Source of the DNA: an uncultured Parcubacteria group bacterium
GTDB taxonomy: Bacteria; Patescibacteriota; Patescibacteriia; UBA9934; CAMTUG01
Assembly: GCA_947084965.1 (NCBI GenBank)
Contig: CAMTUG010000003.1
Coordinates: 360-64,359 of the forward strand
Length of the DNA stretch: 64,000 bases
Reading direction: 5' to 3'
Positions 20,360-29,141 of the stretch are shown here, in pieces; the stretch's first letter is position 1, and every line of letters begins with the position of its first letter. Position numbers and translations under genes: made by a program. Below the pieces are notes generated by a model, which saw only the letters and a program-made list of their open reading frames with translations, was not told the DNA's origin and did not search any database.

Positions 20360-20470
20360 GATACAAATGTATCATTTCGTAGCAGTCCTAACTATCTACT
20401 ATGCCACCTCTCCGTATATACAAAACGATGTCATGATATACTTTTATTATTACATCTAACCCACACATGT

Positions 20471-20542
20471 ATGGCCAAGGGAAACAATGCCCAGAGCAAG
20501 AACAAGAATAAGAAGAAGCCGAAGCAGAACAAAAAGAAGTAA
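20471..20542 (+). CDS. 23-aa Lys-rich small protein
   Basis: MAKGNNAQSKNKNKKKPKQNKKK; TAATG overlap with the GIY-YIG start. Confidence 0.55.
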   Translation: MAKGNNAQSKNKNKKKPKQNKKK

Positions 20543-20793
20543 TGGCTTCTTGGACTGTCTACATTCTGAAGTGCGGCGACGGATCGCTCTACACCGGGAT
20601 CACTAACGATCTCGAGAAGCGAATCGAAAAACATAACGCTGGCACCGGCGCCAAGTACACGCGGTCGCGATTGCCCGTCCGCCTCGCCTGGTCCGAATCG
20701 GTCGAGAGCGAAAGCGCAGCCAAAGTGCGGGAGGCGCAGATCAAACGTCTGCCGCGGAACAAAAAATTATCCCTGGTAAAAGCGGCCCCTTAG
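20542..20793 (+). CDS. GIY-YIG nuclease (UPF0213/YhbQ-like)
   Basis: WTVYILKCGDGSLYTGITNDLEKRIEKHN.G.GAKYTR...E..IK. Confidence 0.92.
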   Translation: MASWTVYILKCGDGSLYTGITNDLEKRIEKHNAGTGAKYTRSRLPVRLAWSESVESESAAKVREAQIKRLPRNKKLSLVKAAP

Positions 20794-20839
20794 GCCGTTT
20801 TTACTTTTCACATTATTTTCAGTAAGGTGAACGCACTCT

Positions 20840-21757
20840 ATGCATATCGTCACCGCAGGAAAAGCCTTTAATGATATTGATGCGTTCGGGTGTGCGATTG
20901 CCTACGCCGAGTTGTTGCGATTGGAAGGAAAGGATGCGAAGGCAGTGTTTGTAGGGCCGCTCAATCATTCGGTCACTCCGCTCGCGCTCGAACAGCCGGT
21001 CGAATACCTCACGAAATACGCGTTAAAACCCGAAGACCGCATCGTCTATGTCGACCTCTCAGGCCCGGACCATCTCGCCTTCCCGGACACGGAGGATCAG
21101 ATCGACGAACTGTACGACCATCACTACGGGCACGAGGGGTATTGGAATGAACGCCTGGGTGATCGATCCCACATTGAACGTGTCGGCGCGGCCGGGACGC
21201 TTATTTGGGAAGAGTTTGTGAAGCGCGGGTTCGCCGATAAGATCTCCGCGCCGAGTGCCAACGTGTTGCTCCTCGCGATCCTTCAAAACACCCTCAACTT
21301 TACCTCGACAGAAACAGTCGATCGCGATCGAGTGGCATTCGACGAACTTTTGAAGCACAGCGACCTCCCTTCCGGCTGGCAGGAACGATACTTTGCGGAG
21401 TCAGCAGCAGCGATGGAGCATGACTTCCGCGATGTCCTCGTAAACGACACCAAGATTCTCACTAACTTCTTCGACGATCAGCAGTTTGTCTTCTCCCAAC
21501 TCGAAATCACCGAGAGTCCGCGTGCATTTCTTAATCGTCACAAAGAGCAGATCAACACTTTCTGGAACACACTCCAAAATAGACGCTGTCTAATCAACAT
21601 CGCGGACATAGCCTCGAAAAAGTCTTTGCTGTACTCTGATGATAAGAGATGGCTCGAGACAACAATCAAACCACTGTTTTCTGAAGCACGCGACGAAGCA
21701 GACGCGATCATGATCCCCATCCACCAACGCAAACAGATCTTAAAACTCATGCACTAA
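20840..21757 (+). CDS. DHH family phosphoesterase, Mn-dependent pyrophosphatase-like
   Basis: DIDA, VD, YDHH, VGAAGTLI, NTLNF. Confidence 0.8.
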   Translation: MHIVTAGKAFNDIDAFGCAIAYAELLRLEGKDAKAVFVGPLNHSVTPLALEQPVEYLTKYALKPEDRIVYVDLSGPDHLAFPDTEDQIDELYDHHYGHEGYWNERLGDRSHIERVGAAGTLIWEEFVKRGFADKISAPSANVLLLAILQNTLNFTSTETVDRDRVAFDELLKHSDLPSGWQERYFAESAAAMEHDFRDVLVNDTKILTNFFDDQQFVFSQLEITESPRAFLNRHKEQINTFWNTLQNRRCLINIADIASKKSLLYSDDKRWLETTIKPLFSEARDEADAIMIPIHQRKQILKLMH

Positions 21758-21759
21758 CT

Positions 21760-22197
21760 ATGGCTCGTGTCAGCACCTACCTCAACTTCCCGCGAACGAC
21801 CGAAGAAGCATTCACCTTTTATAAGTCCGTCTTTGGCGGCGAGTTCCAAGGCGGAATCCACCGCATGGGTGAAGTGCCACATCAGGAAGGGACGCCGGAT
21901 ATGGCCGAGGCAGATAAGAATCTCGTGATGCATATCGCCCTCCCCCTCCTTGGTGATCACGTGCTCATGGGCACGGACGCACCAGAGTCGATGGGGTTCA
22001 ACGTGAAGTTTGGTAACAACATCTACATCAACCTCGAACCAGACACCCGTACGGAAACAAAGCGTCTCTTTGACGGCTTGTCCGCGGGCGGAAAAGTGGA
22101 GATGGCGCTTCAAGAGATGTTTTGGGGCGACTACTTTGGCTCCTGCACGGACAAGTTCGGCGTCCAATGGATGTTCAACTGCGCAAGTAAGGAATAG
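21760..22197 (+). CDS. VOC/PhnB family protein
   Basis: YLNF...EEAFTFYKSVFG, MFWGDYFG...DKFGVQW. Confidence 0.9.
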   Translation: MARVSTYLNFPRTTEEAFTFYKSVFGGEFQGGIHRMGEVPHQEGTPDMAEADKNLVMHIALPLLGDHVLMGTDAPESMGFNVKFGNNIYINLEPDTRTETKRLFDGLSAGGKVEMALQEMFWGDYFGSCTDKFGVQWMFNCASKE

Positions 22198-22282
22198 AAA
22201 AGGGGAAAACTGGGCTAGGACACCCAGTTTTTCTGTTGTATACTGTGAGAAATTCAATAGGGCGCTGTGGCTCTGTTCTCCT

Positions 22283-23146
22283 ATGCAAATCCGTAAAGTT
22301 GTCATTCCGGTCGCCGGGTACGGGACGCGTTTTTTGCCGGTCACCAAAGCGATGCCGAAAGAGATGTTGCCGATCATCGATAAGCCGGTGATTCAGTACG
22401 TGGTTGAAGAGGCGGTCGCTTCTGGAATCACCGACATTATTCTCGTGACCGGTGCGTCCAAACGGGCGGTTGAAGATCACTTCGACTACAACTACGACTT
22501 GCAGAATTGGCTCAAAAAGCAAGGCAAGCACGAACTGCGCGAGCGGATTAAGTACATCGCCGACATGGCCAACTTTACCTACATCCGCCAAAAAGGTCCG
22601 TACGGCAACGGCACGCCAGTTTTGAACGCCGAACATGTGATCGGTGACGAGCCATTTGCTGTTGTCTGGGGCGATGAATTCTTCTCAAGCAAAACTCCGC
22701 GCCTCAAGCAGTTGATCGACGTTTGGGACAAATACCAGGATCCGGTTTTGACCGGGATGAAGGTCGATAGAGCGGGATTGGATCGCTTTGGGATCGTGAG
22801 CCCGGTCGCTGAAGTTGAAAAAGGCGTTCTGCAAGTCGACGGGATTGTAGAAAAACCGGGGGCCAAAGATGCTCCATCCAACATCGCCGCACTCGGTGGA
22901 TACATTCTCCCTCCAGAAATTTTCGGTGCTCTGAAAAAAACAAAACGCGGCAAAAGCGGCGAAATCTGGCTGGCAGACGCCATCAGCAAACTGACCAAAA
23001 ACCGCCCGATGTACTGCAAGATCGTCGAAGGCGAATACCGCGACACCGGCACCAAGGAAGCCTGGCTCAAAACGAACATCGCCTTGGCTCTCGAAGACAA
23101 GGCCCTCGGACCAGACCTCAGAAAGTACATTAAGACCCTTCTCTAA
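22283..23146 (+). CDS. galU: UTP--glucose-1-phosphate uridylyltransferase
   Basis: VIPVAGYGTRFLPVTKAMPKEMLP, VEKP, GEIWLADA. Confidence 0.92.
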   Translation: MQIRKVVIPVAGYGTRFLPVTKAMPKEMLPIIDKPVIQYVVEEAVASGITDIILVTGASKRAVEDHFDYNYDLQNWLKKQGKHELRERIKYIADMANFTYIRQKGPYGNGTPVLNAEHVIGDEPFAVVWGDEFFSSKTPRLKQLIDVWDKYQDPVLTGMKVDRAGLDRFGIVSPVAEVEKGVLQVDGIVEKPGAKDAPSNIAALGGYILPPEIFGALKKTKRGKSGEIWLADAISKLTKNRPMYCKIVEGEYRDTGTKEAWLKTNIALALEDKALGPDLRKYIKTLL

Positions 23147-23149
23147 CGT

Positions 23150-24523
23150 ATGCGCCGACTTCTCCCCATCATTCTTCTTACTCTCACCTTAACTGGCCTT
23201 GGCTGTGGCGATGCCGATCAGGCGATCAACACCCCGGTGGCGCTTGAAATTTGGGGCGTGTTCGATAGCGAGCGCAACTACCGCGAAGTCATCGAGGCGT
23301 ATCGTCTCTTGCACCCGAACGTTTCGATTAATTTCCGCCAATTCCGCGCTGAGGAATATGAAACAGAACTTGTGCGCGCTTTGGCCGAAGGGTCCGGCCC
23401 AGACATCTTCCTCGTCCATAACGACTCGATGCGCGAATTTCAGTCTCTCATGATGCCAATGCCAAAAACGCTCACCATCGCCTACCAAGAGGTGCGCGGC
23501 ACGATCAAAAAAGAGATCGTCAACGTGTTGCGCACGGAGCAGACGATTAGTATGCGTTCTTTTGCCGACAAATTTGTCGATGTGGTGGAAGACGACGCTA
23601 TCCTCCCCTACCAGCCCGACCCGAAAGTCGCTCCTGAGGATCGCATCTACGGGCTTCCAACCGGACTCGACACTCTCGCTCTCTACTGGAACAAAGATCT
23701 GCTGAATGCCGCTGGCATCGCCGCCGCACCAACGACCTGGACGGAATTTCAAGAGGCGGTTACGTTGTTGACCAAAATCGACACCGCCGGGACGATCACC
23801 AATTCAGGAGCTGGCATCGGAACGAGTGCGAATGTGGAACGCGCGGTCGACATTCTGGCGCTCCTGATGATGCAAAACGGGACGGTCATGACTGACGAAC
23901 GCGGCCGAGCCACCTTCCACGAAATTCCAGAAGGGCTCTCGCGCAATGAACTCCCCGGCCTTGACGCCACGCGCTTCTACACCGATTTTGCCAATCCGAC
24001 CAAAGCGGTTTACACCTGGAACGCGAGCCGTCCAAATTCTTTCGACGCCTTTGCGAATGGCAGCTCGGCGATGTACTTCGGCTACGCCTATAGTCTCCCG
24101 CTGATTCGCACCGCCGCACCAAAACTCAACTTTAATATCAGTGAAATGCCCCAAATCGAAGGGGGCCGCGAGGTCAATTTCGCCAATTACTGGTTGATGG
24201 CTGTTTCCAAAGACTCCGCCGATTATAACTACGCCTGGGACTTCATTCAGTTCCTCACAACCGAAGAAGAACAGAACGCCAAGTACTTGGGTGCGGCCGG
24301 AAAACCACCGGCCCTGCGCGGCCTGATCGCTTCGCAACTTGAAGACGAAGAGCTCGCGCCGTTTGCTGCACAAGTATTAACGGCTGAATCGTGGTATCGT
24401 GGTAAGGATGCAACCGCGGCAGAGTCAGCCCTGCTCCAGTTGATCGACGCCATTCTCGCCGGGACGATCGATCCAGGCGATGCGATTGATCAAGCCGCAA
24501 GCAAAGTCAATCAAACGTTATGA
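23150..24523 (+). CDS. Extracellular solute-binding lipoprotein (sugar ABC type)
   Basis: Lipobox LGC; GPDIF, LALYWNKDL, PTTWTEF, AWDFIQFL. Confidence 0.85.
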   Translation: MRRLLPIILLTLTLTGLGCGDADQAINTPVALEIWGVFDSERNYREVIEAYRLLHPNVSINFRQFRAEEYETELVRALAEGSGPDIFLVHNDSMREFQSLMMPMPKTLTIAYQEVRGTIKKEIVNVLRTEQTISMRSFADKFVDVVEDDAILPYQPDPKVAPEDRIYGLPTGLDTLALYWNKDLLNAAGIAAAPTTWTEFQEAVTLLTKIDTAGTITNSGAGIGTSANVERAVDILALLMMQNGTVMTDERGRATFHEIPEGLSRNELPGLDATRFYTDFANPTKAVYTWNASRPNSFDAFANGSSAMYFGYAYSLPLIRTAAPKLNFNISEMPQIEGGREVNFANYWLMAVSKDSADYNYAWDFIQFLTTEEEQNAKYLGAAGKPPALRGLIASQLEDEELAPFAAQVLTAESWYRGKDATAAESALLQLIDAILAGTIDPGDAIDQAASKVNQTL

Positions 24524-25146
24524 TCGGAGGAAATTGGAAAGCGGTAAGTGGTAAGTGGAAACGACCTGTCATGATTGGCGTCTCCGCTTTCTTCTTACTG
24601 CTTACTACTTTCCAGGCCCAACCGGCTAAAGCCGATTCCCCCGAAACATACTACGACCAGATCCAACGCTACGGGATCGTCTTTGCTGGGATCTGTACCG
24701 GAGACGACTGTGCCTGCCGCGATCAAGGCAACTGCACCCTCGAAGATGTGTTGCAGGTGTTCGTTAACATCAGCAACTTCATTCTGTCGATCAGCGGGTC
24801 GCTTGTACTCCTCTTCTTTGTCTATGGCGGGTTCATGTTCCTCACCTCCCAAGGGAGCCAGGAAAAAATTCAGACCGGGATGGGGTCGATGAAAGGGGCG
24901 GTCATTGGACTGCTGATCATCTTTGGGGCCTTTGCCGCAATCAACTTCCTGACCGGCGTGCTGCGCGGAGGGACGTATAGTCAAACAAACTACTGCGAAC
25001 TCGTCGCCCCGCCGGACGGCAAAGCCGGACTCGGTTGGGCCTGTCTCGATCTCGATAACCTCGACGAGGATCTCTACACCTGCGAAAGCGGACTCTGCCC
25101 CGGCCCCGCGACTCAAGTCTGCTGTATCGCCACAGAAACTGAATAA
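24520..25146 (+). CDS. VirB2/TrbC-like pilin with Cys-rich extensions
   Basis: FVYGGFMFLTSQGSQEKI...AVIGLLII core; Cys-rich N- and C-terminal flanks. Confidence 0.75.
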   Translation: MIGGNWKAVSGKWKRPVMIGVSAFFLLLTTFQAQPAKADSPETYYDQIQRYGIVFAGICTGDDCACRDQGNCTLEDVLQVFVNISNFILSISGSLVLLFFVYGGFMFLTSQGSQEKIQTGMGSMKGAVIGLLIIFGAFAAINFLTGVLRGGTYSQTNYCELVAPPDGKAGLGWACLDLDNLDEDLYTCESGLCPGPATQVCCIATETE

Positions 25147-25149
25147 TCT

Positions 25150-25488
25150 ATGCGCCAACTTTTTTTCCTTACCGTTGCCTCTGCCCTTACCTTGCCGTCT
25201 GCGGCCCTCGCCCAAGACGGCGTCACCCTCGTGAATCCCCTCGCCACGACCGACATTCGTGACATTATCGGGATCGTTATCAAGGCTGCGCTCGGCTTGT
25301 CCGGCTCGATCGCCCTCGTCATGTTTATCTGGGGTGGATTTCTTTGGTTGACGTCGCAAGGAAATACTGAGAAAATTGATGCAGGAAGAAAAACGATGAC
25401 CTGGGCCGCAATCGGATTGGTCGTTCTTTTCTCGGCGTACACGATCGTCAACGCTGTCTTCGAAGCTGCCACCGCGGCTGCCGGATAA
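25150..25488 (+). CDS. VirB2/TrbC-like pilin
   Basis: IWGGFLWLTSQGNTEKIDAGRK...AAIGL. Confidence 0.8.
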   Translation: MRQLFFLTVASALTLPSAALAQDGVTLVNPLATTDIRDIIGIVIKAALGLSGSIALVMFIWGGFLWLTSQGNTEKIDAGRKTMTWAAIGLVVLFSAYTIVNAVFEAATAAAG

Positions 25489-25513
25489 TTCAAAAAATAA
25501 CTTTAACCAAACT

Positions 25514-25918
25514 ATGACTTACGCACGTGCTCTGCGATTTGGCGTCGGGATCGTCCTCGCCTTCGCCGCCGCCTTCGCTACGATTGGGCTCACGTTACCG
25601 GCCCAGGCCCAGGACGAACTGACTACCGATGATCTCCTTCCAGAAGAATTTGGTAGCGCGACCGGTCTCGGACAGGGTGACCTGAACGAAACGATCGGGG
25701 CGATCATTCGCGCCGCGCTCGGATTCCTCGGGGTGGTCGCGGTCTGTATCATCCTCTTCGGTGGCTTTAAGTGGATGACCGCCGGTGGAAACGAAGAGAA
25801 GGTCGACGAAGCGCGCAAGTTGATCATCGCCGGGATCATCGGTCTGGCGATCATCTTGTCTGCTTACGCTATCGCCTCGTTTGTTATCGATCAACTTGTT
25901 GGAGCAACAACGGGTTAA
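25514..25918 (+). CDS. VirB2/TrbC-like pilin
   Basis: LFGGFKWMTAGGNEEKVDEARK..IAGIIGL. Confidence 0.82.
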   Translation: MTYARALRFGVGIVLAFAAAFATIGLTLPAQAQDELTTDDLLPEEFGSATGLGQGDLNETIGAIIRAALGFLGVVAVCIILFGGFKWMTAGGNEEKVDEARKLIIAGIIGLAIILSAYAIASFVIDQLVGATTG

Positions 25919-25989
25919 CCAAAGATCTTTCCCCCGAGGCAACTCGGGGGATGACGTGAGCGGAACTCCAAGAGATCCATTCACGCCAT

Positions 25990-26328
25990 ATGAAACTTGC
26001 ACAAGGAATTGAAGTCGGTGACACCGGCCTCAGCGACACCGCTGGCGCAGCTGGATACGGGACCGCTGGCGATTTGAACGTCATTATCGGCGACATTATC
26101 CAAGTCGCCCTCGGATTCGTCGGCTTCATCTTCTTTGCCTACGTCCTCTACGGCGGATTCCTCTGGATGACCGCCCAAGGAAAGGAAGAGCAGGTACAAA
26201 CCGCGACCGGGATTCTAAAAAACGGGATCGTCGGGCTGATCATCATCAGCGCGTCCTACGCCATCGCTGATTACGTGGTGGGCGCGATCGCCGGCCTCGG
26301 GGCGACCACGGCAACACCAGCCGGATAA
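25990..26328 (+). CDS. VirB2/TrbC-like pilin
   Basis: LYGGFLWMTAQGKEEQV...ILKNGIVGL. Confidence 0.8.
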   Translation: MKLAQGIEVGDTGLSDTAGAAGYGTAGDLNVIIGDIIQVALGFVGFIFFAYVLYGGFLWMTAQGKEEQVQTATGILKNGIVGLIIISASYAIADYVVGAIAGLGATTATPAG

Positions 26329-26331
26329 CGT

Positions 26332-26694
26332 ATGAATATTCTTCTCGCACAAGCGGACATCGGCGGATTCCTCGACGACGTAGGTCCAGAAGCGGGCCTC
26401 GCTTCGGCCACTGGCGACCCGAACGTCGCCCTGCTTCCCCTAGTCGGTGACATCATCGCGATCGTCCTCGGTCTCCTCGGCGTCGTCTTCCTTCTTCTCA
26501 CCATCTATGCCGGGATCATCTGGATGACGGCTCAGGGAAATGAAGAGAAAGTGGAGAAAGCGATCGGGATTATGAAAACAGCAACGGTCGGACTGATCGT
26601 CACCCTCGCCGCCTACTCCATCGCCAACTTCGTCGTCAGCCGAGTCGGAGACGCGACCGGAACAGCCTCGACGACGACCGGTGGTTCACAATAA
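26332..26694 (+). CDS. VirB2/TrbC-like pilin
   Basis: IYAGIIWMTAQGNEEKVEKA. Confidence 0.8.
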   Translation: MNILLAQADIGGFLDDVGPEAGLASATGDPNVALLPLVGDIIAIVLGLLGVVFLLLTIYAGIIWMTAQGNEEKVEKAIGIMKTATVGLIVTLAAYSIANFVVSRVGDATGTASTTTGGSQ

Positions 26695-26725
26695 ATCCAA
26701 TTATCATCAAAAATTAAACATCACT

Positions 26726-27091
26726 ATGATCAAATACGCGATTTACGGTGCGGCGATCCTCCTTCCGCTCGTCGGACACGCCCAAGGGGTTACGGGACTG
26801 GAAACGAACCTGGACACGCTCGGCGGTGAAGCCTACGGCACGAGCTCCCCAACCGACCTGTTGACCCTTATCGGTACGGTCATCAACGTTCTCCTCGGGC
26901 TGCTCGGTGTGATCTTCCTTCTTCTCACCATCTACGCCGGTTTCATCTGGATGACGGCACAAGGGAACGAAGAAAAGGTGGAGAAAGCGATCGGTATTTT
27001 GAAAACCGGTATCATCGGGATGATCGTCACGCTCGCCGCTTACTCCATCGCCAACTTCGTGGTGGGAGAAGTCTCGGACGCGACCGCGTAA
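26726..27091 (+). CDS. VirB2/TrbC-like pilin
   Basis: IYAGFIWMTAQGNEEKVEKA; core nearly identical to the preceding pilin. Confidence 0.8.
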   Translation: MIKYAIYGAAILLPLVGHAQGVTGLETNLDTLGGEAYGTSSPTDLLTLIGTVINVLLGLLGVIFLLLTIYAGFIWMTAQGNEEKVEKAIGILKTGIIGMIVTLAAYSIANFVVGEVSDATA

Positions 27092-27107
27092 TCAGACAAA
27101 ATGTTGG

Positions 27108-27133
27108 GGCGAGGTCTTCGGACCTCGCCTTTT
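27108..27133 (+). terminator. Intrinsic terminator of the pilin operon
   Basis: GGCGAGGTC-TTCG-GACCTCGCC-TTTT. Confidence 0.85.
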
Positions 27134-27150
27134 GGTTTAGGCCACCTGTT

Positions 27151-27234
27151 TCCTCGCCGCTCCGCAGAATCCCGCCACGACATAGATTCTTGGCCATTAA
27201 TGTCGTGGACGTGATCCTGACTCCGCGGTTCGGA
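27151..27234. repeat. Structured REP-like repeat, third copy of the family at 14223-14393
   Basis: CCACGACAT...ATGTCGTGG stem flanked by CTCCGC motifs. Confidence 0.75.
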
Positions 27235-27331
27235 GACAGGTCGCCGTCGAGCAGATCGCCAGGTTTTATAATAGCGTATAAATGCAGACGTCCTGGCCAC
27301 CGTAGTGTGACCAGGACGTTCGCGGTGAGAA

Positions 27332-28093
27332 CTACTCGCAGCCGCGGCCGGGAAGGCAGGTGTACTGTCCCTGCGTCCGGCCGATGACGGAGTAGCTGTA
27401 GTTGTCGCTATCGGTGATGGTGTAGATGCCGGTGGGGAGCCGGGTCAGCTCGTAGATCTTGAGGGTCCCACCGGTGGCCCCGAGAAACGTCCGGCTGACG
27501 TCCCCGGGCTCGACGACCGAGAGCCACGTGCCTCCCATGCCGTCGACGCGAGCGCCGAGCCGCCTGAGCGCCGCCGGGTCGCCCGTGACCTGGACCGCGG
27601 AAGCTTGCGCCCCGCGGTACTGGACCTGCACGTCGTCATCGAAGACGATCGCGTACGCCTTGCCGGAGGATTCCGGGTTGACGAAGGTCCAGGCCATCGG
27701 GTTCGCCGGCCGGTAGTGCCGCTCGTCCCAGCAGTCGTTCCCCCACACGTCGGACATGGAGTTGAGGGTGGAGCGACCTTCCCAGCCGGCGAAGTTCTCG
27801 CACCGTCCGACCGGGGTCGGGGGCGGCGCGATGTACTGCGTCTGCGGGGCGGGCTGGGCGACGGGGGCCGGGGGCGGGACGGCCGGGGCGGGGATCTCGT
27901 GGACCTTGCATCCGGTCACCGACCCGGTCGCCTGGTCGTACTTCTCGCAGGTGTACACCTGCGAGGTTGCGCAGTTGTACAGGGCGTAGCCGCCGCCCTC
28001 GATCGTGGCGATGTCCTGGCAGGCCAGGGAGACCGCGCGGTCGAGGGTCGTGTCGGCAGAAGCGAGAGAGGCGAAGAGGGCGATGGCGATCAT
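27332..28093 (-). CDS. High-GC orphan secreted Cys-containing protein
   Basis: Short signal MIAIALFASLASA-D; Pro-rich linker; GGAG SD. Confidence 0.75.
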   Translation of the reverse strand: MIAIALFASLASADTTLDRAVSLACQDIATIEGGGYALYNCATSQVYTCEKYDQATGSVTGCKVHEIPAPAVPPPAPVAQPAPQTQYIAPPPTPVGRCENFAGWEGRSTLNSMSDVWGNDCWDERHYRPANPMAWTFVNPESSGKAYAIVFDDDVQVQYRGAQASAVQVTGDPAALRRLGARVDGMGGTWLSVVEPGDVSRTFLGATGGTLKIYELTRLPTGIYTITDSDNYSYSVIGRTQGQYTCLPGRGCE

Positions 28094-28184
28094 GGGGGAC
28101 TCCGTAGGTTTTGGGCGATCGCCGGACCCTCACGGGCCGGCGGGGTGTGTGTCTTGTCCGCGACAGGAACACCCCGCCGACGAA

Positions 28185-28790
28185 CTACTTGCTGGCTTCG
28201 GTGTCGAGGACGCGCCACTGGCGCGCGTTCTCGAGCTCGACCGCGGCCAGGCGCGCATCGACAGCGGTCGTGGTCGGCGTGGTGCTGGCGGTGACCACCG
28301 TGCCCGGGGCGGCCCCGTAGCGCGGCATCATGTCGTACCCCGGCACCACGGTCCCGTAGGACGTGTAGCCGGAGCCGGTCACGACGGTCGGCCCGCGGTA
28401 GGGCATCGACCCGCCACCGCTCGCCTGGCCCGGGTACACCGGGTTGACCGAGGAGTAGATGGGGCGGCCCTGCGCGTCGTAGGACAGCACCGTCTGCGCC
28501 GGCACGGCCGAGGTCACCGTCTGGCTGCGCCCGTCCTGGGCCGCCGTCACGGTGTTGTCGCGGTCCATGGCGCGGGCGGTCGCCCCGGCCACGACCAGAC
28601 GGCCGGCGGCGTCCATGCAGGACGTCCCGCCGAGCCCGAGGACGGTGTTGCACGGCACGGTCGCCGTGACGCTGCCGTCGCTCGAGATGGTGACCACCGC
28701 CGACTTCGCGCTGGGGGTGGCCGGCGGGGGCCGGGGGGTGGAATCCTGGGCGAACGCGAGTCCGGCCAGGACGAGGATGAAGATGGACAT
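28185..28790 (-). CDS. High-GC orphan secreted protein
   Basis: Signal MSIFILVLAGLAFA-Q; Thr/Pro/Tyr-rich; AGGAGG SD. Confidence 0.72.
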   Translation of the reverse strand: MSIFILVLAGLAFAQDSTPRPPPATPSAKSAVVTISSDGSVTATVPCNTVLGLGGTSCMDAAGRLVVAGATARAMDRDNTVTAAQDGRSQTVTSAVPAQTVLSYDAQGRPIYSSVNPVYPGQASGGGSMPYRGPTVVTGSGYTSYGTVVPGYDMMPRYGAAPGTVVTASTTPTTTAVDARLAAVELENARQWRVLDTEASK

Positions 28791-28930
28791 GAGAGCCCTC
28801 CTGTGGTGAATTGGGGCGTCTTAGATCTGATCAGTTTGGTGGAAGCAAGATGCTTCCGACCATAAGTCCGAACCAAAACGCCCAAATTCACGGGGCTTTC
28901 CAATCATTTGTTGCCTTAGAGCAACGTACA

Positions 28931-29011
28931 AAGATAGCACAAAAATGGCTTTTTGTCAACCGTCTTCGGGTGCGTCGATGGATTGACAAAATCGCATTTT
29001 TGTGCTATTTT
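28931..29011. promoter_or_regulatory. Divergent pair of sigma70-like promoters
   Basis: Plus strand TTGACA-N17-TATTTT (TGC before the -10) from 28983; mirror TTGACA-N17-TATCTT on the minus strand. Confidence 0.7.
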
Positions 29012-29141
29012 ACTAGGTCCCGTTTGAGCCAGAAATAAGGCCAAATACGGGAAATCCTTGCTCTCTCACAACTGAATAAACCCTGTTGTAAGAGAAATCG
29101 TTTCTCGCGAATCCCAACCTATCACCAATTAGGAGGCCACC

